DNA from: an uncultured Patescibacteria group bacterium
Lineage (GTDB): Bacteria > Patescibacteriota > Microgenomatia > UBA1400 > PJMF01
Assembly: GCA_905478415.1 (NCBI GenBank)
Contig: CAJQIG010000004.1
Span: 203,523-267,522 of the forward strand
Length of the DNA: 64,000 bases
Direction: 5' to 3'
Positions 20,901 through 28,445 of the stretch are shown here, one piece after another. A program made the translations under genes and the position numbers. Below the pieces are notes generated by a model. The model worked only from the letters and a program-made list of their open reading frames with translations. It was not told where the DNA came from and searched no databases. Position 1 is the stretch's first letter. Every line of letters begins with the position of its first letter.

Positions 20901-21254
20901 TCAAATACATCTACCGGCAACCTTACCTTAGGTGGATCTGTTTCAATTAATGGCACTATGACCCTTCAGGGTAATGGGGCCAGTTGTGGTGATACCGACA
21001 GTATTGTCATCAGCTCAACGTCTGGTGGAACACAACAGACCTGGAATGGAACTGGCACAACCACTATTAATGATGTGACCATCTCAGACCAGTCAGGAAC
21101 GATGTTGATCAATGCCCTCAGTTCAACTAATGCCGGTAATGTAAACACAAACTGGAGTATCTTCGGTGGCTGTAGTACTACTCCCGACCCCAACGAGCTC
21201 CTTCGCCATGGCGAATGGTTTTCTGGTGAGGTGAATCAAAAATTCAGTTTTTGA
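17940..21254 (+). CDS. Large modular secreted surface protein (MG2/Ig-like N-region, beta-helix-like passenger)
   Basis: N-terminal hydrophobic anchor; HYRPNDEAQLSFAVLD; Thr/Gly/Asn-rich repeats (FYNL, LYNL); C-terminal LLRHGEWF motif. Confidence 0.7.
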   Translation: MLKKKILFQISSVFLLLAILLGYVLFKGTQPVYANIFHFWWNENITEIVIPKDNFDTDEKIIMHVDGADKKNITVEVKDPAGHSIEIDTRLSNSSDGTVVTLLPPETITPGKYTVEVKNKKGTVLNTSFSWGVLAINVNQAHYRPNDEAQLSFAVLDEKGDMVCDADLELQIIQKATGIIDTLTTKDGDITTNPECAIYGVTYNPDYEATYTVGTPGQYTMELTATTTNGTYTVTDYFEVAETLDFIVERQTATRIYPVVSYPVEIRIIPNNDFKGQIIETVPNTFTIEKTETAALQPNLITDSSSTEKQLLWNVDLQKGVEYTLAYTYDAPDISPELFSIGPLQILDTTSDKIFSEKRKWKIAVDAVAFDAVTTDSASVGRSSASFSHTTTGSDRLLLVFVSLFHGNATPDVTSITYNGVSMTLETELEVVSSRHIRTFVYSLVNPASGSNTVAVTYAQSTQVADAVMAISYTGVDQTTPIPTTATNSSTSAADPTIDITTTTANSLIVAGATVRGGDTAPFTPGTGSTERWDFVTDTNANVDLGTWGGEESAATTGTYTVDATATNSDFYSMVAVEVAEVAAAGGITVSGNAYQSGTTALTDCDGTTQNIALRAGSTTYTTTCNASTGAWSIGSVTQPSSGDGLVVWIDGETTDGALVTRYDGTGDSTGNIFYANALTFTSDDSTAVNNADADTYDNADDADIPYTVSTNALTLNSGHELLVYTGKTYDPNGTVTTNATGGNLHVDDSSTAYLDTATSTIGADVIVDNGATLNIDATTNISGGDITLTGTGLVSTTTGTPTTTISGAGTIGGGTGSLTFYNLALAGTGTTTLNAPLTTANNLTIGDGTNAHTLDVETNDKAVDTNGAFTIAANGTYTASSTTDVTVQGNFTNGGILTEGTSTIVLDGSTTANLDSGCSTVSTCTTNNLYNLTLNKSTSGTTVTLLNTGLRVSNTLEITTGTLNQSTLDVQLEGSSALGVTSNGTWSNTSTGNLTLGGSVSINGTMTLQGNGASCGDTDSIVISSTSGGTQQTWNGTGTTTINDVTISDQSGTMLINALSSTNAGNVNTNWSIFGGCSTTPDPNELLRHGEWFSGEVNQKFSF

Positions 21255-21287
21255 GGATAGTCGTTCATTCCTCTTTGGGAAATCATA

Positions 21288-24146
21288 CTATTTTCCCAAT
21301 AATCGGGGTGATGTAATGTATACCAACCAAACAAGTACATTGAAGGTTGAAAGTACTAAAAAAGGTACTACTCTATAAAAACCCAAGTTTGAGATAAAGA
21401 GTACTTGAAACAACAACGAACTAAAAATAGATAGCTCGAAAAACACTCCCAAAACATTCCTCGCCACTTGAAGTATCTTATGTCTTATTTTTTTAGGCAC
21501 CGATTCAGACTTAGTCAAAAAAACTGTTGAAGTTATCAACTTTTCACCAATGTACTCTAGATACTCTTCATTAGTAACATATTCTTTAGCCGTTACTAAA
21601 TAACGAACATCACGTGCTACCAAGTGAGCATGAAACAACCCCTTGCGATTACTTTCTGTTTGGTACAGAGCTTTTTGACCATTTTTTTCAAAGAAAACAA
21701 CTTGAGCTCTACTGACTGGTTGTTTTGTCTGTTCATCAATCACTTTGCCATGAATCAATAGCTTATTTTTTGTAAACGGATGCAGTATAAATAAGACATG
21801 AACTTTAAGATAACGAACTAACTTCTTTGGAGAAATGTGTGTGCGAGCAGACAACGCAAAAATACTTAAAAACCCAAACAGCAGTAATGAAAAAATTTCA
21901 ATAAGTGCATAAAAAGTATTTGATGTTGCATATAAATCAAGCTGAGTAGTCAGTGAACGGTACATATCTTCAAGCGTAGTAGCATGATAAGAGATAAGTG
22001 AAACCAATGTCTGTGGAGCAGGGTGGAGATACACTCTAGGAAATTGTTGAGAAGCATCTGGTCCCAAGACAAACTCAACTGTTTGGGTCTCATATCCAGA
22101 AGCGTCAACTACAATTCGGTACTTTTCATGTGGGAGCACTACTCTTACTCTTCCTTCGTGATCAGTAAACAAAGGATTTGAAGAAAGAAATGTCTGCGGA
22201 TTCATCAGTTCGTACCTATTATTTTTTTCGTTAAAGCGATAGATATGTATGCGAGCCCGTTCGACTGGCAGCTGATCATTTGCATTCACAATAGTCAACG
22301 GGGCTGAGACATATAAATGAGAAACTGGAAATTCGAGGATGTTCCCCAAACGATCAAATACTTGTAAATATGAATCATAGTAACCAGGAACTTGAGGAAA
22401 TTCAACTTGCCCAGAGTATACCCCTGCGGTTGTTTCAAATAACTTCGTTTTACTTACTACCGGTGAAGTATAGGTATCATTTCCTTCGGCACCTAAAATT
22501 TGACTATTCACTACCACATAGTACACATGCTCTATCAACTGATCCTCCTGAAAAGAAAAAAAGACTTCATAGGGAAACGATGTTGGTAGCGATGCTACCT
22601 GATGTACCTTCTGACCAACGGTAGAAAGCACAGACAAATTTTTACTCAGCATAGTAACAGTTGATATATCTAGCTGGGGAATATTTCCAATATCTGCTGT
22701 CTTAAAAGTAAAGATATCTGAAGTTGCTTCTGCTCCATCTTCACTGGTGGCACTGACTCGAAAGTAGTAGTGCCTGCTTGGATCTAGATCACTGAGATTG
22801 AATAAGTGAGACTGAGAAAACGTAGTATCCTCTACCATGTTTTGTAAACTTGAAACTGTCTTTCCATACAGTACCCGTACCCGTGTGCTGGTGTCTGTCG
22901 TCACAAAAAGTGTTGCCGCTGTATTCGAAAGTTTTTTAACTTCAATACTTGAAAATACTGGCGACACTACTGGCACAACAACTGTTTGATTTGCCTCTTC
23001 TTCAGTAGTTAAACATGCTGTATTTTTGGGGTTCTGCTCGTTGCGACACCGACCCGTGACGTTATAACAGTAACCCGTTCTACATTCTGAGTTCTCTGAA
23101 CACGACGTATTGCATGACTTTTTTGTGGCTCCAACAGTCGGCGATGGTGTTGGACTTGGAGTGGGATCAGGCGCGTGCATAAATGACTGAGAGACCGTTG
23201 TATCACTGGTTACGGCTGGACTTAGCACCCGCCCGGAAACTGAAAAAGTTATTGGCAGTTCGTGTGCATAACTCTGTGATGTCTGTAAACTGAAGGTAAC
23301 TGTTTGACCCGTTGTGGTAGCTGGGAAGTTGGGAATCGTCCATGTAATAGTTCTATTAACTGTATCGATAATAGGTGCTGTCGCCCCATACGCGTCACTA
23401 GCACTACCAGTGACATAGCTCAAGATATCTATACTAGGTGACCCTTGACCACTTATCGTCCCTTGACTCCACTCTGCTTGCAAAGTCAGTGGGGTTGACT
23501 GAAGTAAGTCGGACCCATACGTTATTTGATACTCTAGCACCTCATTTTGATCAAAAGTTGAACTAGCAGTCAGGGATGCTATGTCGGCAGTAAAGTAGTA
23601 TGAAAGGGCTGGCACTTCTCCAGATATAACTACTTGATCATTAGCAATGACTGGCACCATACTCTCTGAACTACTTGAAACACTTGCAGCCACTAAGGTA
23701 GCACTATTCCAAAGGTAGTTTTCGCCCGCTCCTGCCGATGGGTTGGTAAAAATTCCGCCCGTAATATAAAAACCATATTGAGTACCTGCCAAAATATCAG
23801 CACTTGGAAAGGTAACTACTTGACCAGAAACATTCGTTGCCGTTCCAACTCCCGGCCAAGCAGAAACTCCCGCAGGAAGGTTTGTCACTGAAGTAGTAAA
23901 ATTACTCGAGTTTGCACTCACAGACCAAGCCGGACCAACCGTTATCTGCACACCATCTTCTGATACGGTTTCACTGGTAGTAGCTACTACCAGTATTCGT
24001 CCCGGATTTTGCCCAGCCGCCGCTCGATCTAGACGAATATACGAAGAGTTTAACTCCAAAGCATAGGCTGGTGTTAAGACAAATGACAAAACTAAGACAC
24101 TAAACACACAACTTGCAATAATTTTTTTTCTAAGAATATTGAACAT
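21288..24146 (-). CDS. Large membrane-anchored surface protein (subunit-like N-domain, Cys-rich module, FN3, carboxypeptidase-regulatory-like domains)
   Basis: Signal peptide ..PAYA; PT linker; 6-Cys module; LSDLDPSRHYYFRV FN3; TDHEGR; internal and C-terminal TM helices. Confidence 0.7.
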   Translation of the reverse strand: MFNILRKKIIASCVFSVLVLSFVLTPAYALELNSSYIRLDRAAAGQNPGRILVVATTSETVSEDGVQITVGPAWSVSANSSNFTTSVTNLPAGVSAWPGVGTATNVSGQVVTFPSADILAGTQYGFYITGGIFTNPSAGAGENYLWNSATLVAASVSSSSESMVPVIANDQVVISGEVPALSYYFTADIASLTASSTFDQNEVLEYQITYGSDLLQSTPLTLQAEWSQGTISGQGSPSIDILSYVTGSASDAYGATAPIIDTVNRTITWTIPNFPATTTGQTVTFSLQTSQSYAHELPITFSVSGRVLSPAVTSDTTVSQSFMHAPDPTPSPTPSPTVGATKKSCNTSCSENSECRTGYCYNVTGRCRNEQNPKNTACLTTEEEANQTVVVPVVSPVFSSIEVKKLSNTAATLFVTTDTSTRVRVLYGKTVSSLQNMVEDTTFSQSHLFNLSDLDPSRHYYFRVSATSEDGAEATSDIFTFKTADIGNIPQLDISTVTMLSKNLSVLSTVGQKVHQVASLPTSFPYEVFFSFQEDQLIEHVYYVVVNSQILGAEGNDTYTSPVVSKTKLFETTAGVYSGQVEFPQVPGYYDSYLQVFDRLGNILEFPVSHLYVSAPLTIVNANDQLPVERARIHIYRFNEKNNRYELMNPQTFLSSNPLFTDHEGRVRVVLPHEKYRIVVDASGYETQTVEFVLGPDASQQFPRVYLHPAPQTLVSLISYHATTLEDMYRSLTTQLDLYATSNTFYALIEIFSLLLFGFLSIFALSARTHISPKKLVRYLKVHVLFILHPFTKNKLLIHGKVIDEQTKQPVSRAQVVFFEKNGQKALYQTESNRKGLFHAHLVARDVRYLVTAKEYVTNEEYLEYIGEKLITSTVFLTKSESVPKKIRHKILQVARNVLGVFFELSIFSSLLFQVLFISNLGFYRVVPFLVLSTFNVLVWLVYITSPRLLGK

Positions 24147-24297
24147 AGTAGTCTGCTCCCATCATGACACATCCCTACCCTTGAGGTAAAGATGATAGAT
24201 CTAAAAAACCTTGTTCACCTTGGCAACTAGCGAGTTTGATAGCTTTTGAACTAATACTTGAAGTTTCAACAAAGAGTCAGTACTATAACCTCAGCCT

Positions 24298-25017
24298 ATG
24301 AAACTCCTTTCTTTCCAAAAACCATCCAAATTCAAAGTGGCAACTGTCTTTCTTGTTTTTGCTCTAGTAGCTAGCTCAACATATTTCTATGTTCAGTATA
24401 AAAACGAGCAAGCTAGTAATCCGGCCCGAGAAGTGCAAGAAACTACCGCTGCCGTTTCTAAGTTTATGGAACTCCCACAAAATGAAGAACCTAGTTTAGC
24501 CACGGTAACAGAAAAAGAAAAACTACAAGATCAAGAATTCTTCAAACAAGCAGAAAATGGTGATAAAGTTCTCATCTATATTGATGCTGGTAAAGCTATT
24601 CTCTATAGACCTTCAACTGGAAAAATTATTGATGTCACTTCTATTAATACTAACCCGACAGCAACCACACTTACTCCCGAAAATCCAAAAGAAGTAGTGG
24701 AGAAACCAATTGAAACACCCGTCATAGAGAAAAAACTAACTATTACTTTACTAAATGGATCTGAAACAACTGGTATTACCAAGGCTATTGAAGACAAAAT
24801 TGTATCTTCACTCGAAAACTTCACGGTAGTAAGTCGACAATCAGCCGAGAAAACCACCTATCAAGAAACTCTAATTGTTGATATTACAGGTGGAAATAAA
24901 GAAGCAACTGAATCCCTTCAGGCCACCATAGGTGGTGAAATTGGGGCCCTCCCCAAAGGGGAAATCTTACCTGATTCTGACATACTGGTGATTGTTGGTA
25001 CTAATCCAGAACAATAA
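24298..25017 (+). CDS. LytR C-terminal domain-containing membrane protein
   Basis: N-terminal TM; FFKQAENGDKVLIY; ITLLNGSETTG...DILVIVG. Confidence 0.8.
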   Translation: MKLLSFQKPSKFKVATVFLVFALVASSTYFYVQYKNEQASNPAREVQETTAAVSKFMELPQNEEPSLATVTEKEKLQDQEFFKQAENGDKVLIYIDAGKAILYRPSTGKIIDVTSINTNPTATTLTPENPKEVVEKPIETPVIEKKLTITLLNGSETTGITKAIEDKIVSSLENFTVVSRQSAEKTTYQETLIVDITGGNKEATESLQATIGGEIGALPKGEILPDSDILVIVGTNPEQ

Positions 25018-25044
25018 GATACTCTATCACCGTTCAAAAGGCAA

Positions 25045-25085
25045 GAAAAATAAAGGTGGCGCAGACCTTTGTCCTACGCCACCTT
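25045..25085 (-). terminator. Intrinsic terminator between convergent genes
   Basis: AAGGTGGCG...CGCCACCTT stem with an A-run on its left (U tract on the minus strand). Confidence 0.6.
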
Positions 25086-25126
25086 CACTAACATACCAAG
25101 CCAGACGGCCTGGTCTTACATGCCTA

Positions 25127-26107
25127 TTATTTCTTTTTCTTTAACCAATTAAGTATGAACAAGAGTGGTACCCAAAGTACCGAGTACACAGCCACCCAGA
25201 TCAAGAAGGTAATTAAGAAGTATCCATGATACCCCAATGACTCTAAAGCTCTGGTCAGATGTTCTCGTATACTCAGCTCGCTATTAGGATCAAAGTAGCG
25301 TTTGCTATCTGAAGCAGAGATTGAGATGGTGGCATACTCCACCTGCGTCTCGATACTATCAACGCTTGCTCGATACTGCTTAAGTTGAGACTCATACATC
25401 TTTACCCTATTTTCAAGCTGAATAACTTCAGTTCGAAACTGACGCCACTGCACAGAACCAGACTCTGCCTTCTCAAGATTTGTTTGGGCTACTTCAAGGT
25501 CAGCTTGCGTTTCAGCTAGCATCACTTCGGTCTCACTGACTCTGTCACTGGCACGAACATGTGAACCAGTTACATCACTCGAATTGCTACTACTGTTGAA
25601 AATTTCTTTAACATTTTCAGTCACACGAGTACTGGCCTCACTGAATTTTTCGACCGGTACTTTTGCAAATAGATTTCCAGAGTTCCATCGCGAACCTTGT
25701 GAAAAGTTGTCATTTAATACTACGCCATCGACACTGAGAATATACTCGCGCATTGAGCGCATATACCCTTGGACATCGTCCACAATAACACTATAGTTTG
25801 CAGAACGATCATACAATCTATTTTCAACATCTAATCCCAAGTCATCTTGATAGTAATAGGGCATACTGGTACCGCCCATCATTGGTTCAGCTTGAATCGC
25901 AACCTTTGAGTTCGAAAATCCATCCACCATCGGCATCGATTCTACAACTGCTCCTCCTCCATCCCGAGAAGGCATTCCCATGAAGCTTTCATCATACTCA
26001 TTCATGAAGGAAACACCACTCCGCCTCATTTTTAAAAACGTGGTCGCAAGTGATAACACTAACACCAGCACTACACCAAAAAGTATCATCTTCTTGTTTT
26101 TGTGCAT
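25127..26107 (-). CDS. DUF4349 domain protein
   Basis: Start MHKNKK (26107); N-terminal TM; KVP, SDVT, coiled coil, VEYATISI; C-terminal TM. Confidence 0.8.
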   Translation of the reverse strand: MHKNKKMILFGVVLVLVLSLATTFLKMRRSGVSFMNEYDESFMGMPSRDGGGAVVESMPMVDGFSNSKVAIQAEPMMGGTSMPYYYQDDLGLDVENRLYDRSANYSVIVDDVQGYMRSMREYILSVDGVVLNDNFSQGSRWNSGNLFAKVPVEKFSEASTRVTENVKEIFNSSSNSSDVTGSHVRASDRVSETEVMLAETQADLEVAQTNLEKAESGSVQWRQFRTEVIQLENRVKMYESQLKQYRASVDSIETQVEYATISISASDSKRYFDPNSELSIREHLTRALESLGYHGYFLITFLIWVAVYSVLWVPLLFILNWLKKKK

Positions 26108-26129
26108 ACAGGTCCTTTCTGCTAAATGT

Positions 26130-28304
26130 TTATTCAGCTTTATTATTAACCATATACTCTGAAATTGCTGGCATATTAACTTCTCTAGGTTTACTACCCT
26201 CTTGCGGACCAACCATTCCAGCAACATACAGTTGATCTAAAATTCGGGCAGCTCGATTGTACCCAACGGAGAATTTTCGCTGAATCATTGAAGAAGAACC
26301 TTTTTGCTGTTGAGCAACATAGTGGACTACTTGATCAAATAACTCATCTCTATCACTTGCATCGCCGCCAGCACCCCCGCCTCCGACATTGACTTTATAT
26401 TTAGTAATGTCTTCTTCGTATTGCGGAGCTTGACCTTGTGACTTAATGAAGTCGATCAATGATTTAATTTCCTGGTCAGAAACATAGGTGCCCTGCACAC
26501 GCAGTGGCTTAGCCTGATCAGGTGGCTGGAATAGCATGTCACCTTTACCAAGTAACTTCTCGGCACCAGGTGAATCTAAGACCACTCGAGAATCAGTCAT
26601 AGACGAAACATTGAAACAAATACGACCTGGAATATTAGCTTTGATCAGACCAGTAATAACATCTACTGAAGGTCGTTGTGTAGCCAACACTAAGTGAATT
26701 CCGACAGCTCGAGCCATCTGGGCAATTCGAGTAATACTTTCTTCGACCTCCCCTGGAGCAAAGAGCATGATATCGGCTAGCTCGTCAATCACAATCACAA
26801 TATTTGGCATGGCTGCATAGCCTGCTAACTCGTTAAATCCAGTGATGTTACGCACTCCAACTTCGGCCAATTGTTTGTAGCGGCGTTCCATTTCGTCAGT
26901 GGCCCATTTCAGAGCTGAGACCACCTTTTTCGGTTCTACAATCACAGGAACGAGTAGATGCGGGATACCATTATATCCAGTCAACTCGACCCGTTTTGGA
27001 TCGACTAGAATAAGTTTAACTTCACTTGGGCTAGCTCTAAAAAGCATTGACGTCAAAAAGGTATTAACGGCCACCGATTTACCAGAGCCAGTAGCACCTG
27101 CGATCAACAAATGAGGCATTTTAGCAATATCGATCATAACCGGCTTACCAGCCACATTAATACCTAAAGCTGCAGCTAGTTTAGATGGATGCTGCTTCAT
27201 AGCTTTGCTGCCAAGCATCTTTTTGAGGGTCACATATTGAGCTGAGTAGTTAGGCACCTCAACTCCGACCAGAGACCTACCTGCAATTGGTGCTTCAATC
27301 CTTATTTGTCCACCAGGTGCAGCAAGGGCAAGTGCTAGGTCTGTAGCTAACCCAGTAATTTTTGAAAGTTTAGTACCTCGAGAAATTTCGAGTGCATATT
27401 GAGTAACCGAAGGTCCATAGTTAACTTCTTTCACTTCAGCTTTAATACCAAATGATGCCAACGTACTTTCGATCACATCTGCATTTGCGTTCACGTCACC
27501 GCGATTGGCCTCACCACCCTCAGAGTTAGAAAGAAGTGACAACGGTGGGTACTCCCAAACTAAAGAGTCAGCAGTGGGTTGAAGCGTGGTATCTGCTAGG
27601 TTGAGTTCTGAAGAACCGTCAGTTTTTGAGCTACTTCCTTCTGGAACAACAGCTGTGCCAACAACTTCTTCAGCTTGCGCAATATCCGCACCCGAGTTAA
27701 TACTAAATCCAGGTTTATCTTCTTTCTTAGAAAAAATTGAGAGTTTAGGGAGTGAAAATCCCTTAGCATTTTTAATATCTACATCTGTAATATCAGTTTG
27801 ATCCTTCTGCTTGGATTTTTTAAGTGGTTTCTTTTTCTCTGGAAAGAAGAGTTCTTTGAGCTCAGCAATTTCGTTGAGAGAAAATTGAGTCAAAATAAAG
27901 AAACCTACCACAGCAATGGTAAAAAATAAGACAAAAGTGCCAGCCGGGGAAATAAGGTCTCCAACATTTTGAGCTGTCTGAGTTCCGATCTCTCCAGTCC
28001 TAAAAGCTCCTAAAAAGCCAAGTAACACCAGCAAAGCACCAAGAAATACGTTTGGCCTTGACCAAGCCCACTTAGCTCTAAAGAGCATCATGCCTGCAGA
28101 AACAAATACAAATGGCAGTAAAAGTGAGGAAAAACCAATCTTTAGCTTGAGAAGTTCATTGAGCTGAGAGAGCAACTCTCCCTGCCCCGTAAAGGAAATA
28201 ACCAGAATAATGCCAATAGCTACAAAAATAGTTCCCAAAATTGCATGCACTGTCTCTGGTTTGAGTGCTAACTGCAGTGCTGATCTTTTTTTACGTCTAC
28301 CCAT
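26130..28304 (-). CDS. ftsK: DNA translocase FtsK/SpoIIIE
   Basis: 4 TM N-terminus; PHLLIAGATGSGKS, IDELAD, LATQRPS, GAEKLLGKGDM; gamma domain VGYNRAAR. Confidence 0.97.
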   Translation of the reverse strand: MGRRKKRSALQLALKPETVHAILGTIFVAIGIILVISFTGQGELLSQLNELLKLKIGFSSLLLPFVFVSAGMMLFRAKWAWSRPNVFLGALLVLLGFLGAFRTGEIGTQTAQNVGDLISPAGTFVLFFTIAVVGFFILTQFSLNEIAELKELFFPEKKKPLKKSKQKDQTDITDVDIKNAKGFSLPKLSIFSKKEDKPGFSINSGADIAQAEEVVGTAVVPEGSSSKTDGSSELNLADTTLQPTADSLVWEYPPLSLLSNSEGGEANRGDVNANADVIESTLASFGIKAEVKEVNYGPSVTQYALEISRGTKLSKITGLATDLALALAAPGGQIRIEAPIAGRSLVGVEVPNYSAQYVTLKKMLGSKAMKQHPSKLAAALGINVAGKPVMIDIAKMPHLLIAGATGSGKSVAVNTFLTSMLFRASPSEVKLILVDPKRVELTGYNGIPHLLVPVIVEPKKVVSALKWATDEMERRYKQLAEVGVRNITGFNELAGYAAMPNIVIVIDELADIMLFAPGEVEESITRIAQMARAVGIHLVLATQRPSVDVITGLIKANIPGRICFNVSSMTDSRVVLDSPGAEKLLGKGDMLFQPPDQAKPLRVQGTYVSDQEIKSLIDFIKSQGQAPQYEEDITKYKVNVGGGGAGGDASDRDELFDQVVHYVAQQQKGSSSMIQRKFSVGYNRAARILDQLYVAGMVGPQEGSKPREVNMPAISEYMVNNKAE

Positions 28305-28445
28305 ATCTTTAGCTAACTATCCGCTACAATTAAATATTATAGGATGTAATGATCTTTGTCAATACCAGACTTAGTCTCACTACTCTAAACTCTACTATAC
28401 CCTAGGGACACCTCAAGAGACAATCCCAGCTTCTGTCTTCATTTA

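Noticed and set aside
16255-21193. Antisense ORFs up to 145 aa within the adhesin genes
   Set aside because: Shadow frames of Thr/Gly-rich codons, with no independent expression signals
21455-21466. 12-nt match (CATTCCTCGCCA) to the tmRNA 3' end (10185-10196) as a possible attR
   Set aside because: Lies inside the intact 952-aa CDS, no integrase is present, and it is short enough to be chance
24900-25200. Switch in gene orientation as a replication origin or terminus
   Set aside because: No DnaA-box cluster or dif-like site seen, only a terminator between convergent genes; skew was not computed
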